Positions 8,747-17,726 of a DNA stretch of 45,356 nt are shown here, in pieces. The position numbers and the translations under genes were made by a program. Source of the stretch: Thermoanaerobaculia bacterium. Lineage in GTDB: Bacteria; Acidobacteriota; Thermoanaerobaculia; Multivoradales; JAGPDF01. The first letter of the stretch is position 1; each line of letters starts with the position of its first letter. The stretch spans positions 1 to 45,356 of the forward strand of contig JBDTQT010000002.1 in NCBI GenBank assembly GCA_039932055.1, given 5' to 3'. The notes under the pieces are model-generated. The model was not told the origin of the DNA and did not search any database. It saw nothing but the letters and a program-made list of their open reading frames with translations.

Positions 8747-9795
8747 AGGGCGGCGCCGTCCTTTTCCTCGGCATCGAGGGCACTGCCCTCGCCCTGGAGG
8801 AGGCGCGAATCCTGCGCCGGGTGCAGCCCGGCGGCATCGTGCTGGTCACCAGGAACATCGCGGGCGAAGAGCAGCTGCGGCAACTCGTCGCGGAGTTGCG
8901 TGCGGCGGTGCCGCGGGGGATCTTCTGCCTCGACGCCGAAGGCGGCCGCGTCGACCGGCTGCGCTCCGTCGTCGCGCCGGCGCCGGGCGCGGCGGCGCTA
9001 GGCAACTGTCCGCCGGCGATAGCCCGACGGGCCGGGAAGCTCCTCGGCCAGGCGCTTCGCCAGTTCGACTTCGACCTCGACTTCGCACCCGTCGTCGACC
9101 TCGATCACGGAATCACCGGCAACGCGCTCGACGACCGGACCTACGGCCAGCAGCCACGTAGCGTTGTCGCCAGGGCGAAGGCGCTGCTCGAAGGGCTCCA
9201 TGCGGCGGGCGTTGGAGGTTGCATCAAACACTTTCCCGGTCTCGGATGGGCCACCGCCGACACCCACCTGCGGGGCGCGCACGTCCGTGCGGAGAAAGTC
9301 GAGCTCGATCGGGACCGGGACCCGTTTGCCGAGCTTCTTTCCGAGACCGACTCGGTGATGGTGAGCCACGCGATCTATCCCGGATGGGGAGAGTCCGTTT
9401 GGCCCGCAAGCCTCAGCAGGACGATATCCACCGACCTGCTGCGAAAGGAGTCGGGCTACCGCGGCTTCCTGTTCAGCGACGATCTGGAAATGGGCGCGCT
9501 GGACGAGTTCGGAACGCTGCCCGAGCTCGGAGCGCGGGCGCTCGCGGCGGGGTGCGACGGTCTGCTTTTTTGTCGCCGGCTGGAACTTGCCCCCGAGATC
9601 GCCAGAGCAGTCAGTCGCAGGGCGTTGCGCCCGCGGCTCGAAGCGGCGTCCCGACGCCTGGCGCGCCTGCGCTCGCAACTCGCCCGCAGGCGGAAAAGCG
9701 CTCCGCCGGCGCCGGCGCTCGGCATTCTGCGGGCGAGGCTGGAGGGCCTGGCTGCCGACGTGACAAGTCGGCAGCCGGACGGTTCCCGGTCCTAG
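8743..9795 (+). CDS. nagZ: beta-N-acetylhexosaminidase (glycoside hydrolase family 3, NagZ-like)
   Basis: It has the GH3 N-terminal domain with KHFPGLG and SDDLEMGA motifs. I place the start at the GTG at 8743, which overlaps the mutS stop (GTGA). The 8401 start in the track lies inside mutS in another frame. Confidence 0.85.
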   Translation: MKGGAVLFLGIEGTALALEEARILRRVQPGGIVLVTRNIAGEEQLRQLVAELRAAVPRGIFCLDAEGGRVDRLRSVVAPAPGAAALGNCPPAIARRAGKLLGQALRQFDFDLDFAPVVDLDHGITGNALDDRTYGQQPRSVVARAKALLEGLHAAGVGGCIKHFPGLGWATADTHLRGAHVRAEKVELDRDRDPFAELLSETDSVMVSHAIYPGWGESVWPASLSRTISTDLLRKESGYRGFLFSDDLEMGALDEFGTLPELGARALAAGCDGLLFCRRLELAPEIARAVSRRALRPRLEAASRRLARLRSQLARRRKSAPPAPALGILRARLEGLAADVTSRQPDGSRS

Positions 9796-10229
9796 AACGG
9801 AATGTCGTCGTCCTGGAAGTCGCCGGCGGCGGCGCCATCGTGACCACCGCCGGACGGGGCGCTTGCTCCGGAGTCTCGGCCGCCGCCACCGCTGTCACTC
9901 TTCGAGCCGAGCATCTGGAAGTTCTCGCAGATGATCTCGGTCTTGTAGACCTTTTTGCCAGGCCGCTCCTTGTCCTCCCAGGAGGCGGTCTGAATGCGGC
10001 CCTCGATGAAGACCATCTTGCCCTTCTTCAGGTACTGCCCGGCGATCTCCGCCTGTTTGCCGTAGACGACGATGTTGTGCCACTCCGTCTCGTCCTTGCG
10101 ATTGCCGTCGCGGTCCTTGTAGCGCCGCGACGTGGCCACGGAAAAGTTCGCCACCTGCTGTCCGCTCGGCAGCGCGCGCATCTCCGGATCGCGGCCCAGA
10201 TTTCCCACCAGCATCACTTTGTTGACCAT
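9792..10229 (-). CDS. ssb: single-stranded DNA-binding protein
   Basis: The sequence runs MVNKVMLVGNLGRDPEMRALPSGQQVANFSVATSRRYKDRDG...WHNIVVYGKQAE, followed by a Gly-rich tail ending DDDIPF. A GAGGGAG Shine-Dalgarno sequence lies 8 nt upstream of the ATG at 10229. Confidence 0.95.
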   Translation of the reverse strand: MVNKVMLVGNLGRDPEMRALPSGQQVANFSVATSRRYKDRDGNRKDETEWHNIVVYGKQAEIAGQYLKKGKMVFIEGRIQTASWEDKERPGKKVYKTEIICENFQMLGSKSDSGGGGRDSGASAPSGGGHDGAAAGDFQDDDIPF

Positions 10230-10319
10230 GAATGTGCTCCCTCTCGGCGTGGCCGGGACGGTATCATACGCATCGCGGACCCTTGCCGAACTCCTTTCTG
10301 AAGAGATAGGACGTAATTC

Positions 10320-10757
10320 TTGCGAATCGTCTTGCAGCGCGTCAGCCGGGCGGCGGTCGAGGTCGACGGACGGGAGTTGTCGCGGATCGGCCACGGGCTC
10401 CTGGCGCTGGTCTGCATTGCCCAAAGCGACGACGACACGGTTGTCCGGCGCGCGGCGCACAAGGTCGCAGGACTGCGGCTCTTCGAAGACGACGCCGGCA
10501 AGATGAACCTCGACCTCGCCGGAGTCGGCGGCGCGGTCCTGGTGGTCTCGCAGTTCACCCTCCTAGCCGACACTTCGCGCGGCCGGCGGCCGTCGTTCGA
10601 AGACGCGGCGGCGGGCGCGGTCGCCGCACCCCTGGTCGAGCTCTTCGCCGCGACCCTGCGCCAGTCGGGATTCGCCGTCGCCACCGGCCGTTTCGCAGCG
10701 CGCATGCGAATCGAGCTCGTCAACGATGGACCGGTGACGCTGGTCCTCGATTTCTGA
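10320..10757 (+). CDS. dtd: D-aminoacyl-tRNA deacylase
   Basis: RIVLQRVSRAAVEVDG...VSQFTLLADTSRGRRPSF...NDGPVTLVLDF is full-length Dtd-like. The start codon is TTG. Confidence 0.95.
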   Translation: MRIVLQRVSRAAVEVDGRELSRIGHGLLALVCIAQSDDDTVVRRAAHKVAGLRLFEDDAGKMNLDLAGVGGAVLVVSQFTLLADTSRGRRPSFEDAAAGAVAAPLVELFAATLRQSGFAVATGRFAARMRIELVNDGPVTLVLDF

Positions 10758-10758
10758 A

Positions 10759-11778
10759 TCAGGGCAGTCCGATGGCGATCGACGAGATCGGCACCGGCAT
10801 GAAGCAGAGCACGAAGATCGCCAGCGCCGCGACTGCCAGCCACCGGCGCCGGCGGTCGAGCGGCTCGGCCTCGTCCAGCACCGGCGGGTGACGCAATCCC
10901 ATGACGAGCACGATCAGGCTCCACAGGAACCAGCCCGGCCAGACGAATCCGCCAGCGAGCAGCACGAACCAGAGCAGGCGGGCGATGCGGAACTGCCTCC
11001 GGCCGGCGACGGCGTAGAGCAGGTGCCCGCCGTCGAGCTGAGCCAGCGGCAACAGGTTGAGCATTGTAGCCAGGCAGCCCACCCAGGCGGCGAGCGCGAA
11101 CGGATGCGGATTGAGGATCGCGTTCGCCGGCAGGGGGCCGTGGAAGAGCTGGACGAGGGCCGAATAGAGCAGGCTCTTGCCCGGCAGATAGAGGAACAAC
11201 GCGGCCGAGCTCTCGGGGACACGCTGCACGATCGCCGGCTCCGAGCGCGCGACGCCGTAGATCAGGAAGGGCAGCAGAACAACGAAACCGGCGATCGGCC
11301 CGGCCACTCCGACATCGAAAAGCACGCGCTTGCTGCGAATGGCGCCGCGGATCCGGATGAAGGCGCCGAAGGTGCCGAGGCCGATCGGCGCCGGCAAGAA
11401 GTAGGGTGGCGTTGCCGGCAGACCGTAGCGGCGGCAGCAGAGGTAGTGCCCCATCTCGTGCGCCAGCAGGATTGCGAGGACCGGCAGGGCGAAGGCGAAT
11501 CCCCAGCGCAGGAGCTCCGGGTCGGTCCAGACGCGCTGTACCGTTTCGGGCAGGAGCAGCGGGACGATATCGGTGACGACATCGGTGCGGGCCGCGAGGA
11601 GGAAGCCGCCGCCCAGTGTCACGCAGGTGAAGAGAGACGCCAGGAAAAGTCCTCCAGCGAGAAGGAAGGAGCCGCGTTGCAGCCGAGCCGGCGGCGGAGT
11701 CTCCGGCGGCGTGGTCCACCACACCTCCGGGGCCAATGGGAGGCGAGAGCTGCTCGGCGGTGGGATGGAATCCGGCAA
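10759..11778 (-). CDS. site-2 protease family (peptidase M50) membrane metalloprotease
   Basis: It has the HEMGHYL (HExxH) motif and NLLPLAQLDGGH (NxxPxxxLDG). The protein is polytopic and hydrophobic. Confidence 0.85.
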   Translation of the reverse strand: MPDSIPPPSSSRLPLAPEVWWTTPPETPPPARLQRGSFLLAGGLFLASLFTCVTLGGGFLLAARTDVVTDIVPLLLPETVQRVWTDPELLRWGFAFALPVLAILLAHEMGHYLCCRRYGLPATPPYFLPAPIGLGTFGAFIRIRGAIRSKRVLFDVGVAGPIAGFVVLLPFLIYGVARSEPAIVQRVPESSAALFLYLPGKSLLYSALVQLFHGPLPANAILNPHPFALAAWVGCLATMLNLLPLAQLDGGHLLYAVAGRRQFRIARLLWFVLLAGGFVWPGWFLWSLIVLVMGLRHPPVLDEAEPLDRRRRWLAVAALAIFVLCFMPVPISSIAIGLP

Positions 11779-11790
11779 GGCCGGGCCGTA

Positions 11791-12057
11791 TCAGAGGTTC
11801 TTGAGGTCTTTGCCGGGTTTGAAACGCACGGTGCGGCCAGGGGTGATCGCCACCTCGACGCCGGTCTTGGGGTTGCGGCCGACGCCCTTCTTGCGGTCGC
11901 GCACCTGGAAGACGCCGAAGCCGCGCAGCTCGATCCGCCGGCCCTCGCAGAGGGCGTCTTTCATTGCGTCGATGATCGTGTCGACCGCCTGGACGGCTTT
12001 CATCCTCGGCACGTTCGAAACGTCCGAGACCTTCATCACGATGTCTGCCTTGATCAT
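11791..12057 (-). CDS. HU/IHF-family nucleoid-associated DNA-binding protein
   Basis: The 88-aa protein has the ELRGFGVFQVRDRKKGVGRNPKTGVEVAITPGRTVRFKPGK beta-arm signature. Confidence 0.85.
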   Translation of the reverse strand: MIKADIVMKVSDVSNVPRMKAVQAVDTIIDAMKDALCEGRRIELRGFGVFQVRDRKKGVGRNPKTGVEVAITPGRTVRFKPGKDLKNL

Positions 12058-12078
12058 CTCCGCTTGGACCTTTCCGCG

Positions 12079-12107
12079 AATCTAGCCGCAACCACGAGGT
12101 GTGTCAA
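12079..12107 (-). promoter_or_regulatory. near-consensus sigma70 promoter TTGACA-N17-TAGATT for the HU/IHF gene
   Basis: The minus strand reads gcgTTGACAcacctcgtggttgcggcTAGATTcgcggaaagg, about 22 nt upstream of the ATG at 12057. It sits in the 67-nt gap after the MshEN-protein stop. Confidence 0.5.
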
Positions 12108-12124
12108 CGCGACGGATGAAGGAC

Positions 12125-13480
12125 TCATGCCTTGCGCAATTTCGACCGCATGATGCAGAGCTCGAAGGCGATCTCGGCCTTCGCTATGACGCGCTGAAGG
12201 TCGGCGAGATCGGCCGATGCGAGCTCGGCGCCCGAGGCCAGCCTGGGCTCGACGAGGAGTGCGGCGACGAGGCGTTCCTTCACCTTTACCGGCAGGACGA
12301 GAACGTCACCCGCGATCGCTGGCGCCGCGAAACAGGCGGCGAGTGCGACGTGCGCAGGCAGCTTCGAGAGCGGCCCGCGAAAGTAGGCCCCGTCCTCCTT
12401 CAGACCTACGAAGAGCGAAGGCTGCTTCAGGTTCAGTCGCAGTGCCGCCAACTTCGCCGGGTCGAAGGCCTCGCCCGACCAGAGCCAGGCCGCGACTTCT
12501 TCCTTGCGGACGACGAACATCACCGCTCGCGCAACGAGCCCCGCCGCAAAGTCGAGCAGGACGCGCGCCACGTCATCACGCTCGCGTGGCTGCAGCAGGC
12601 GCTGCTCGGCCTCGTCGACCGTCAGTCGGCGGTGGGGTTCGGGAGCCGCGAACGGAGGCTGTGGGGCCTTCGCGGGCGTTGCAGATCCAGCTGCCAAAAG
12701 CTGCGCCGGCGCGGTCGGTGCTGCGAGTGTCGCCGGAGTGGCGACGGGCTCCGGTGCGGGCGCCGCGGGGGGCGCCGGAAAGCCGGGCGGAACCGCCAGG
12801 GCGGAAAGTGTCGGGAGATCGAGTGTCTGGTGCTGGAAGTGGGGGAGCTCGCCCGAAACCGCAGCCAGTGAGTCGGGCGAAGCCGCCGGCGCGGGCGCGG
12901 CTACACCCGCGATCCGAGTGTCCCACTGCAGCTGATCGCCGGCCGGAAAAGGCGCTGTCGCCATGGCGGCGGCGCTCTCGCGCGCCCAGAGGAAGCGCGA
13001 GCGGTTCATCTTGTCGAGGAGCTTGGCGAGACGCGACGGGCATTCCTCGCCGTAGTGTTTCTCGAGTGCCTCGATCAGGCGCAGCTCGGGAGCGACGTGC
13101 CAACGGATCCGCTTGCCGACGACGAAGGAGATCTCGTCCTGGTAGGCGAGGTTGCGGGCATCGCTCAGCGCGACCTTCACCTGCGTGGTGCTGGCCTGGA
13201 AGGCGATGGCCTGACAGCGCTTGGCGATCTTCGCCGGGAGCATCCCGAGGACGTCGTCGGGGATGCCGCGCAGGTCTTCGGGCGTCGCACAAGGGACGCC
13301 ATACTGCTCGACGAGGGCGCTGCAGAGCTGCTCTTCGGTGATCGCCTCGATCTCGAGCAGGCAGGTCCCGAGTCGTCCGCCGAGAACTTTCTGATTGCGG
13401 AGCGCGCGCAGGAGTTGTTCCCGCGTGACTTGGCCACGCTTCTCGAGGAGCTCTCCCAGGCGAGCTGGAGCAGTGCGCAA
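12125..13480 (-). CDS. MshEN/T2SSE_N-domain protein with no ATPase domain, a Pro/Ala-rich linker and a GAF-like C-terminal domain
   Basis: The N-terminus reads RLGELLEKRGQVTREQLLRALRNQ-KVLGG-RLGTCLLEIEAITEEQLCSALVEQ, followed by the rest of a GspE/MshE N-terminal domain (LPAKIAKRCQAIAF...). The start codon is TTG. There is no Walker A motif anywhere in the protein. Confidence 0.75.
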   Translation of the reverse strand: MRTAPARLGELLEKRGQVTREQLLRALRNQKVLGGRLGTCLLEIEAITEEQLCSALVEQYGVPCATPEDLRGIPDDVLGMLPAKIAKRCQAIAFQASTTQVKVALSDARNLAYQDEISFVVGKRIRWHVAPELRLIEALEKHYGEECPSRLAKLLDKMNRSRFLWARESAAAMATAPFPAGDQLQWDTRIAGVAAPAPAASPDSLAAVSGELPHFQHQTLDLPTLSALAVPPGFPAPPAAPAPEPVATPATLAAPTAPAQLLAAGSATPAKAPQPPFAAPEPHRRLTVDEAEQRLLQPRERDDVARVLLDFAAGLVARAVMFVVRKEEVAAWLWSGEAFDPAKLAALRLNLKQPSLFVGLKEDGAYFRGPLSKLPAHVALAACFAAPAIAGDVLVLPVKVKERLVAALLVEPRLASGAELASADLADLQRVIAKAEIAFELCIMRSKLRKA

Positions 13481-13580
13481 TGCGACCCCTAACTGTAAGA
13501 ATCGAAAAGGACTTCGATAGAGCGGAAAGATATCAGAGTGGAGCCGGTGGGAAAAGTCCCAGTCCGGCTATGATTGTCTC

Positions 13581-15473
13581 GTGTACGTCATTCGACCCGC
13601 TGCCACCCTCCTGAGTCTTTCTCTCTGCCTGGTGGCGACCGCCCAAGCAGAAGCTCCCCGGTCAGCTGCCGCCTATCCGTTTCTCCTCGCCGGCGCGCTC
13701 CTGGCGGACGGCGAGACCGCAGCCGCGATGGCGGCCTACGCGGAGGCCGCGGCGCTTGCACCGGACGATCCCTATGTTCACCTCGAATATGCCAGCGTCC
13801 TGGCCCGCTCGGGACGCTTCCTCGAGGCGGCGACAGAGGCCCGCACGGCGCGCAAGTACGCGCCGACCGATACGGAGGTTCTGCGCACCCAGGCGCGCAT
13901 CGCGATGAATCTCGCTGACCGCGACGAAGCGGCGCGCGTCGAGGCGCGTCAGACGTTCGAGCTGGTGGTGGCCGCCGAGCCGGACGACCTCGAGGGTCTG
14001 ATTGCTCTCGGCCAGATCTATCTGGCTGAGAACGAGGCCAAGAAGGCAGTAGCCGTGCTCAACAGCGCCGCGGAGCTACGCCCCGGCCAGCCGATGATCG
14101 AGGCGCTGCGGGCCCGCGCGCTGGCCGCCGCCGGCGATCCCCTGGCGGCGGAGTCCGTCCAGCGGTCGATGCTCGCAGCTCACCCCGACCGGCTCGAGAG
14201 CCGTTTTGAGCTCGCCGAGCTGCTGTCGAGCCGGGGGCAACATTTCGAGGCCGCGGTGCTGCTCGGCGCGGCGCCGGAGGCGCAGCAGCGCTCGCCGGAG
14301 CTGCGCCGGCGGCGGGCGGTGGAGCTCTATCTCGACGGCGATCTGCAAAGTGCGGCGGAGCTGGCACGCGGGCTCCACGACGAGCTTCCGGACAACACCA
14401 ATGTCCTCGTTCTGCTGGCGACGATCGAGCAGGCCGATGGTCGCTGGGCCAGCGTGCTGGAGCTTATCTCCGGCGCCGCCGAGCGCAACCCGCTGCAGGA
14501 CCAGCTCACATTCCTCCAGGTGCGCGCGCTCGAGCGCCTGGGTCGTATCGAGGAGGCCCTGGCGGCGCTCGCCCGTCGCCGCGAGGCTCTGCACGGCGCG
14601 GGGCGCCGGGCTGAGGCCGTTCTGGTGGAGGCCAGCGCCGCCCTGCTCGCGGCGCGCAACGACCGCGAGGCGGTCGCCGCGGAGCTGGCGACGGATGTGC
14701 TGCGGACCGCTCCTGCCGCGGATCCCGACATCGCGCTCGAACTGCGGTTGCTCCTGGCCGACATCGAGTTCGGTCGGCAGGGTCTCGGTCCGGCGCTTGC
14801 GGCGCTCGCTGATTCCGCAGCGCCGGCGATCGTCGCCAAGCGCTACGAGCTCGCGGTCCGGGCGCACGACGCGGCGGCCGCCGGTTACCGCAAGCAGCTC
14901 GCCGACGGTTCCGTCGATCAGCTCGTCGCTCTGGCGACCGCGGAGGAGAGGCTAGAGCAGTTCGATGTCGCCTTGCCGATTCTCGACAAGGCGCTCGTCG
15001 CCGAGCCCGCTTCGAGCGAGCTCCGGTTCCGCAAGGCGACGGCGCTCGAGCGCACCGGCCGGTTCGACGAGGCGGCGGCGCTATTCGAGGCGCTCATCGC
15101 CGCCGAGCCCGACCACGCTCCGGCGCTCAACTATCTCGGCTACATGCGGATCGAGCGCGGCACCGATGTCGAGCAGGGCTTGGCGCTCGTGCGGCGCGCG
15201 CTCATTGTCGACCCCAACAACGGCGCCTACGTCGATTCGCTGGGTTGGGGGCTGTATCGCCTCGGACGCCATGCCGAGGCGAGCGCGATTCTCGAACGCG
15301 CCGCTCGGCTGATGCCGAGCGATTCGACCGTGCTCGAGCACCTCGGCGACTCGCTCCTTGCGCTCGGCGCGCTCGACCGCGCCCGCGATGCCTACCGCCG
15401 CGCCCTGGCGCTCGGTCCGGACGGTACCGGTGGACTGGCGGCGAAACTGGCCGGCCTGCCAGGGGCTTCCTAG
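13581..15473 (+). CDS. secreted tetratricopeptide-repeat protein
   Basis: It has the signal peptide MYVIRPAATLLSLSLCLVATAQA-EA. Alanine-rich TPR-like helical repeats run throughout, including ALNYLGYMRIERG and GRHAEASAILERAARLMPSD. Confidence 0.8.
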   Translation: MYVIRPAATLLSLSLCLVATAQAEAPRSAAAYPFLLAGALLADGETAAAMAAYAEAAALAPDDPYVHLEYASVLARSGRFLEAATEARTARKYAPTDTEVLRTQARIAMNLADRDEAARVEARQTFELVVAAEPDDLEGLIALGQIYLAENEAKKAVAVLNSAAELRPGQPMIEALRARALAAAGDPLAAESVQRSMLAAHPDRLESRFELAELLSSRGQHFEAAVLLGAAPEAQQRSPELRRRRAVELYLDGDLQSAAELARGLHDELPDNTNVLVLLATIEQADGRWASVLELISGAAERNPLQDQLTFLQVRALERLGRIEEALAALARRREALHGAGRRAEAVLVEASAALLAARNDREAVAAELATDVLRTAPAADPDIALELRLLLADIEFGRQGLGPALAALADSAAPAIVAKRYELAVRAHDAAAAGYRKQLADGSVDQLVALATAEERLEQFDVALPILDKALVAEPASSELRFRKATALERTGRFDEAAALFEALIAAEPDHAPALNYLGYMRIERGTDVEQGLALVRRALIVDPNNGAYVDSLGWGLYRLGRHAEASAILERAARLMPSDSTVLEHLGDSLLALGALDRARDAYRRALALGPDGTGGLAAKLAGLPGAS

Positions 15474-16272
15474 CCTGCGCCGGGTCGGTCCCGATTCCCT
15501 TCTTCGATTCGGGCTTGCCGCGCTGACCGGCATCGCCGCCACGGCGCTGCTCGGCTGCGCGACTGCCGGCCGCGTCGCGGCGCCCGGAGCGAGCTTGGCG
15601 GGCCCGTCCGCGACTGGCGTCGCCGCGCCATTGCCCGCCGTCGGCGGCCCTGGCCAGTGGCTCTTGCGCGCCGAGGTCTCTGGTGAAGATGGCTCGGCGA
15701 GCCTGCGGCTCCTGCTGCGCCGGTTCGACGCTGAGCGCTTCACGCTCAGCGCTTCGGACGCCGCCGGGCAGGCCCGATGGGAGGTCCGCTGCGAGCGCGG
15801 GAAGGCGATCTGGCTCGATCCCCAAGCGAAGGTCTTCTGCCGTCTGGACCCCCACCGTCCGTTGCGGGCGAGGCTCGGGCTCCCAGGCATTGCGCTGATC
15901 GATTTTCCGGGACTGCTCACCGGCGAGTGGCCGCCGGCAGGGCTCGTGGCGCCGTCGCCGCCGGGAGCGTCCGCGGAGAAGCCGTTCACCGCCGAGCGTA
16001 GCGGCTTCGGCGGCGACACCTCCTGGGCCAGTTGGACCCTTTGGCAGGCGGGCGAGCCCGTCGCCTGGTTCAAGCGTCTCGAGGTCGACTCGTTGCTGTC
16101 CGTCCGGCGGCCCTCGGTACAGGTGCGGTGGCGGGTGACTGCCCAGGGCGACCTGCCCCGGCCAGAAGGCGAAACTGGGGACGCTTCCCGGTCTGCGACT
16201 CCGGCATCCTGGCCCGGCGAGCTCCCCGTGGGCACGCGGGAACTGGTCTGCCCCGAAAATGCGATTCCTTAG
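15430..16272 (+). CDS. lipoprotein, possibly LolB-like/DUF4292-like; the start is uncertain
   Basis: A lipobox LLGC follows the hydrophobic stretch GLAALTGIAATA. The gene sits immediately upstream of ispE and overlaps it, which matches the lolB-ispE-prs order in E. coli. The GTG at 15430 is the first canonical start that does not overlap the TPR gene deeply. Confidence 0.5.
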   Translation: MDWRRNWPACQGLPSLRRVGPDSLLRFGLAALTGIAATALLGCATAGRVAAPGASLAGPSATGVAAPLPAVGGPGQWLLRAEVSGEDGSASLRLLLRRFDAERFTLSASDAAGQARWEVRCERGKAIWLDPQAKVFCRLDPHRPLRARLGLPGIALIDFPGLLTGEWPPAGLVAPSPPGASAEKPFTAERSGFGGDTSWASWTLWQAGEPVAWFKRLEVDSLLSVRRPSVQVRWRVTAQGDLPRPEGETGDASRSATPASWPGELPVGTRELVCPENAIP

Positions 16273-17179
16273 CTTCGCCAAGGTGAACCTGCGGCTGGAG
16301 GTGCTGCGGCGCCGTGCCGACGGTTTTCACGAGCTGCGCACGATTTTTCAGACGATCGACCTCGCCGACGAGATCGACATTGATTCCGCCGAAGCGGGCG
16401 TGGCGCTGGAGATTGCCGGCGCGGCGGGATTGCCTTCCGACGAGTCGAATCTCGCCTGGCGTGCGGCGGCCGGCTTTCTCTCGCGTTGGGGGCGGGCGGG
16501 AGAGGGGGTCAGGATCCGGCTGCACAAGCGGATTCCGATCGGCGGCGGCCTCGGCGGGGGTAGCTCCAACGCCGCGACGGTCCTCGCCGCCATGACCGTG
16601 GTGCTGGGAAGGAGTCCGGGAAGCACGCAACTCGCAGAACTGGCCGCCGAACTCGGCTCCGACGTCCCCTTTTTTCTCCACGGCGGAACAGCGCTGGGGA
16701 CCGGGCGCGGCGAGCTCATCGAGCCGCTGCCCGACCCGGTCGCGCCGGCGCTCGAGCTTTGGCTGGCGGTGCCGCCGGTCGCCGCGGCCACCGCCGCGGT
16801 TTTCGCCGCCCATCGCATCCCGGCTCCTCCTGCCAGGGCCGGTGCCCGGCCGGCCGGAGGACAGGGCTCGCGGGCAAAGGTGGCCGGTCTACCCGGCGCC
16901 TGGCAGCCGCTTGTCGGGGGGAACGATCTCGAACCGACCTGCCTGGCGCTCTATCCTGGGGTGCTCGACGTGTATAATCGCCTCTCCGAATCGGAGGCGC
17001 TTGCCGTTCGCCTCTCCGGTAGCGGCTCCACGATGTTCGCCCTGTTCGCGAATCGGGCAGCTGGACGGGAGGCCGGAGATCGTCTCGACAACGACACGAT
17101 CTGGTTGCCCGTCAAGACGCTGAGCCGTGAGGATTGGCGGCGACGGAGTGGACTGGAAACTCCGTTGGGAGGGAGTTGA
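16259..17179 (+). CDS. ispE: 4-(cytidine 5'-diphospho)-2-C-methyl-D-erythritol kinase
   Basis: It begins FAKVNLRLEVLRRRADGFHEL and has the GHMP kinase motif IPIGGGLGGGSSNAA. Confidence 0.93.
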   Translation: MRFLSFAKVNLRLEVLRRRADGFHELRTIFQTIDLADEIDIDSAEAGVALEIAGAAGLPSDESNLAWRAAAGFLSRWGRAGEGVRIRLHKRIPIGGGLGGGSSNAATVLAAMTVVLGRSPGSTQLAELAAELGSDVPFFLHGGTALGTGRGELIEPLPDPVAPALELWLAVPPVAAATAAVFAAHRIPAPPARAGARPAGGQGSRAKVAGLPGAWQPLVGGNDLEPTCLALYPGVLDVYNRLSESEALAVRLSGSGSTMFALFANRAAGREAGDRLDNDTIWLPVKTLSREDWRRRSGLETPLGGS

Positions 17180-17180
17180 C

Positions 17181-17579
17181 TTGGAGATCACCGACGTCCG
17201 GGTCTTTCCCGTGCGTGACGAGAAGGTTCGCGCTTTCATCTCGATCGTCTTCGACCGCTGCTTCATGGTCAACGACATCAAGGTCATCCAGGGCAGGGAC
17301 GGCCTGTTCGTAAGCATGCCGAGCCGCAAGCGCAAGAGCGGTGAGTTCAAGGACGTGGCGCATCCGCTGAATTCCGAGACTCGCAAGTGGGTAGAAGAGC
17401 GCATTCTCGGGGTCTACCAGGCGACCCTGGACGGCGTCACGGCGGAGATGGAGTCGACCGCCTCGCCGCTGGTGACGGCGTCTTCCGGGTCGTCTGCGAG
17501 CCCGAAGGGTAACGGAGAACCGTCGCTCGAAGAGGTCGAGCGGCTGCAGTTCGGTGACTCCTTCTGGGGAGTGACCTGA
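17181..17579 (+). CDS. spoVG: septation/regulatory protein SpoVG with a C-terminal extension
   Basis: It reads (M)EITDVRVFPVRDEKVRAFISIVFDRCFMVNDIKVIQGRDGLFVSMPSRK. The TTG start at 17181 is preceded by GGGAGGGAG. Confidence 0.9.
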   Translation: MEITDVRVFPVRDEKVRAFISIVFDRCFMVNDIKVIQGRDGLFVSMPSRKRKSGEFKDVAHPLNSETRKWVEERILGVYQATLDGVTAEMESTASPLVTASSGSSASPKGNGEPSLEEVERLQFGDSFWGVT

Positions 17580-17624
17580 GAGGGCGATACAATCACCGGC
17601 TTGCGAAAGTCAGTGCGCAGTTCG

Positions 17625-17699
17625 TGGGGCGTCGCCAAGCGGTAAGGCACGAGACTTTGGATCTCGCATTCGGAGGTTCGAATCCTCCCGCCCCAACCA
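17625..17699 (+). tRNA. tRNA-Gln (anticodon UUG), CCA encoded
   Basis: The cloverleaf was folded by hand. The acceptor stem is tggggcg/cgcccca and the anticodon stem is cgaga/tctcg with loop cuUUGga. The T arm is ggagg-ttcgaat-cctcc. The 3' end is a-cca and the length is 75 nt. Confidence 0.9.
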
Positions 17700-17726
17700 G
17701 TTTCGGCAGGATGTACCTCTTACTCT

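Noticed and set aside
10214-12091. 625-aa minus-strand ORF, plus the 421-aa plus-strand ORF at 10888-12153
   Set aside because: They span dtd, the M50 protease and the HU gene in wrong frames or on the wrong strand. The real genes there have diagnostic motifs (HExxH, the HU beta-arm).
13569-13581. TATGAT box 6 nt upstream of the GTG start of the TPR gene, considered as a possible leaderless transcript
   Set aside because: No acceptable -35 or TGn element lies at the right spacing. A GTG start on a leaderless mRNA is uncommon. The evidence is too weak to call.
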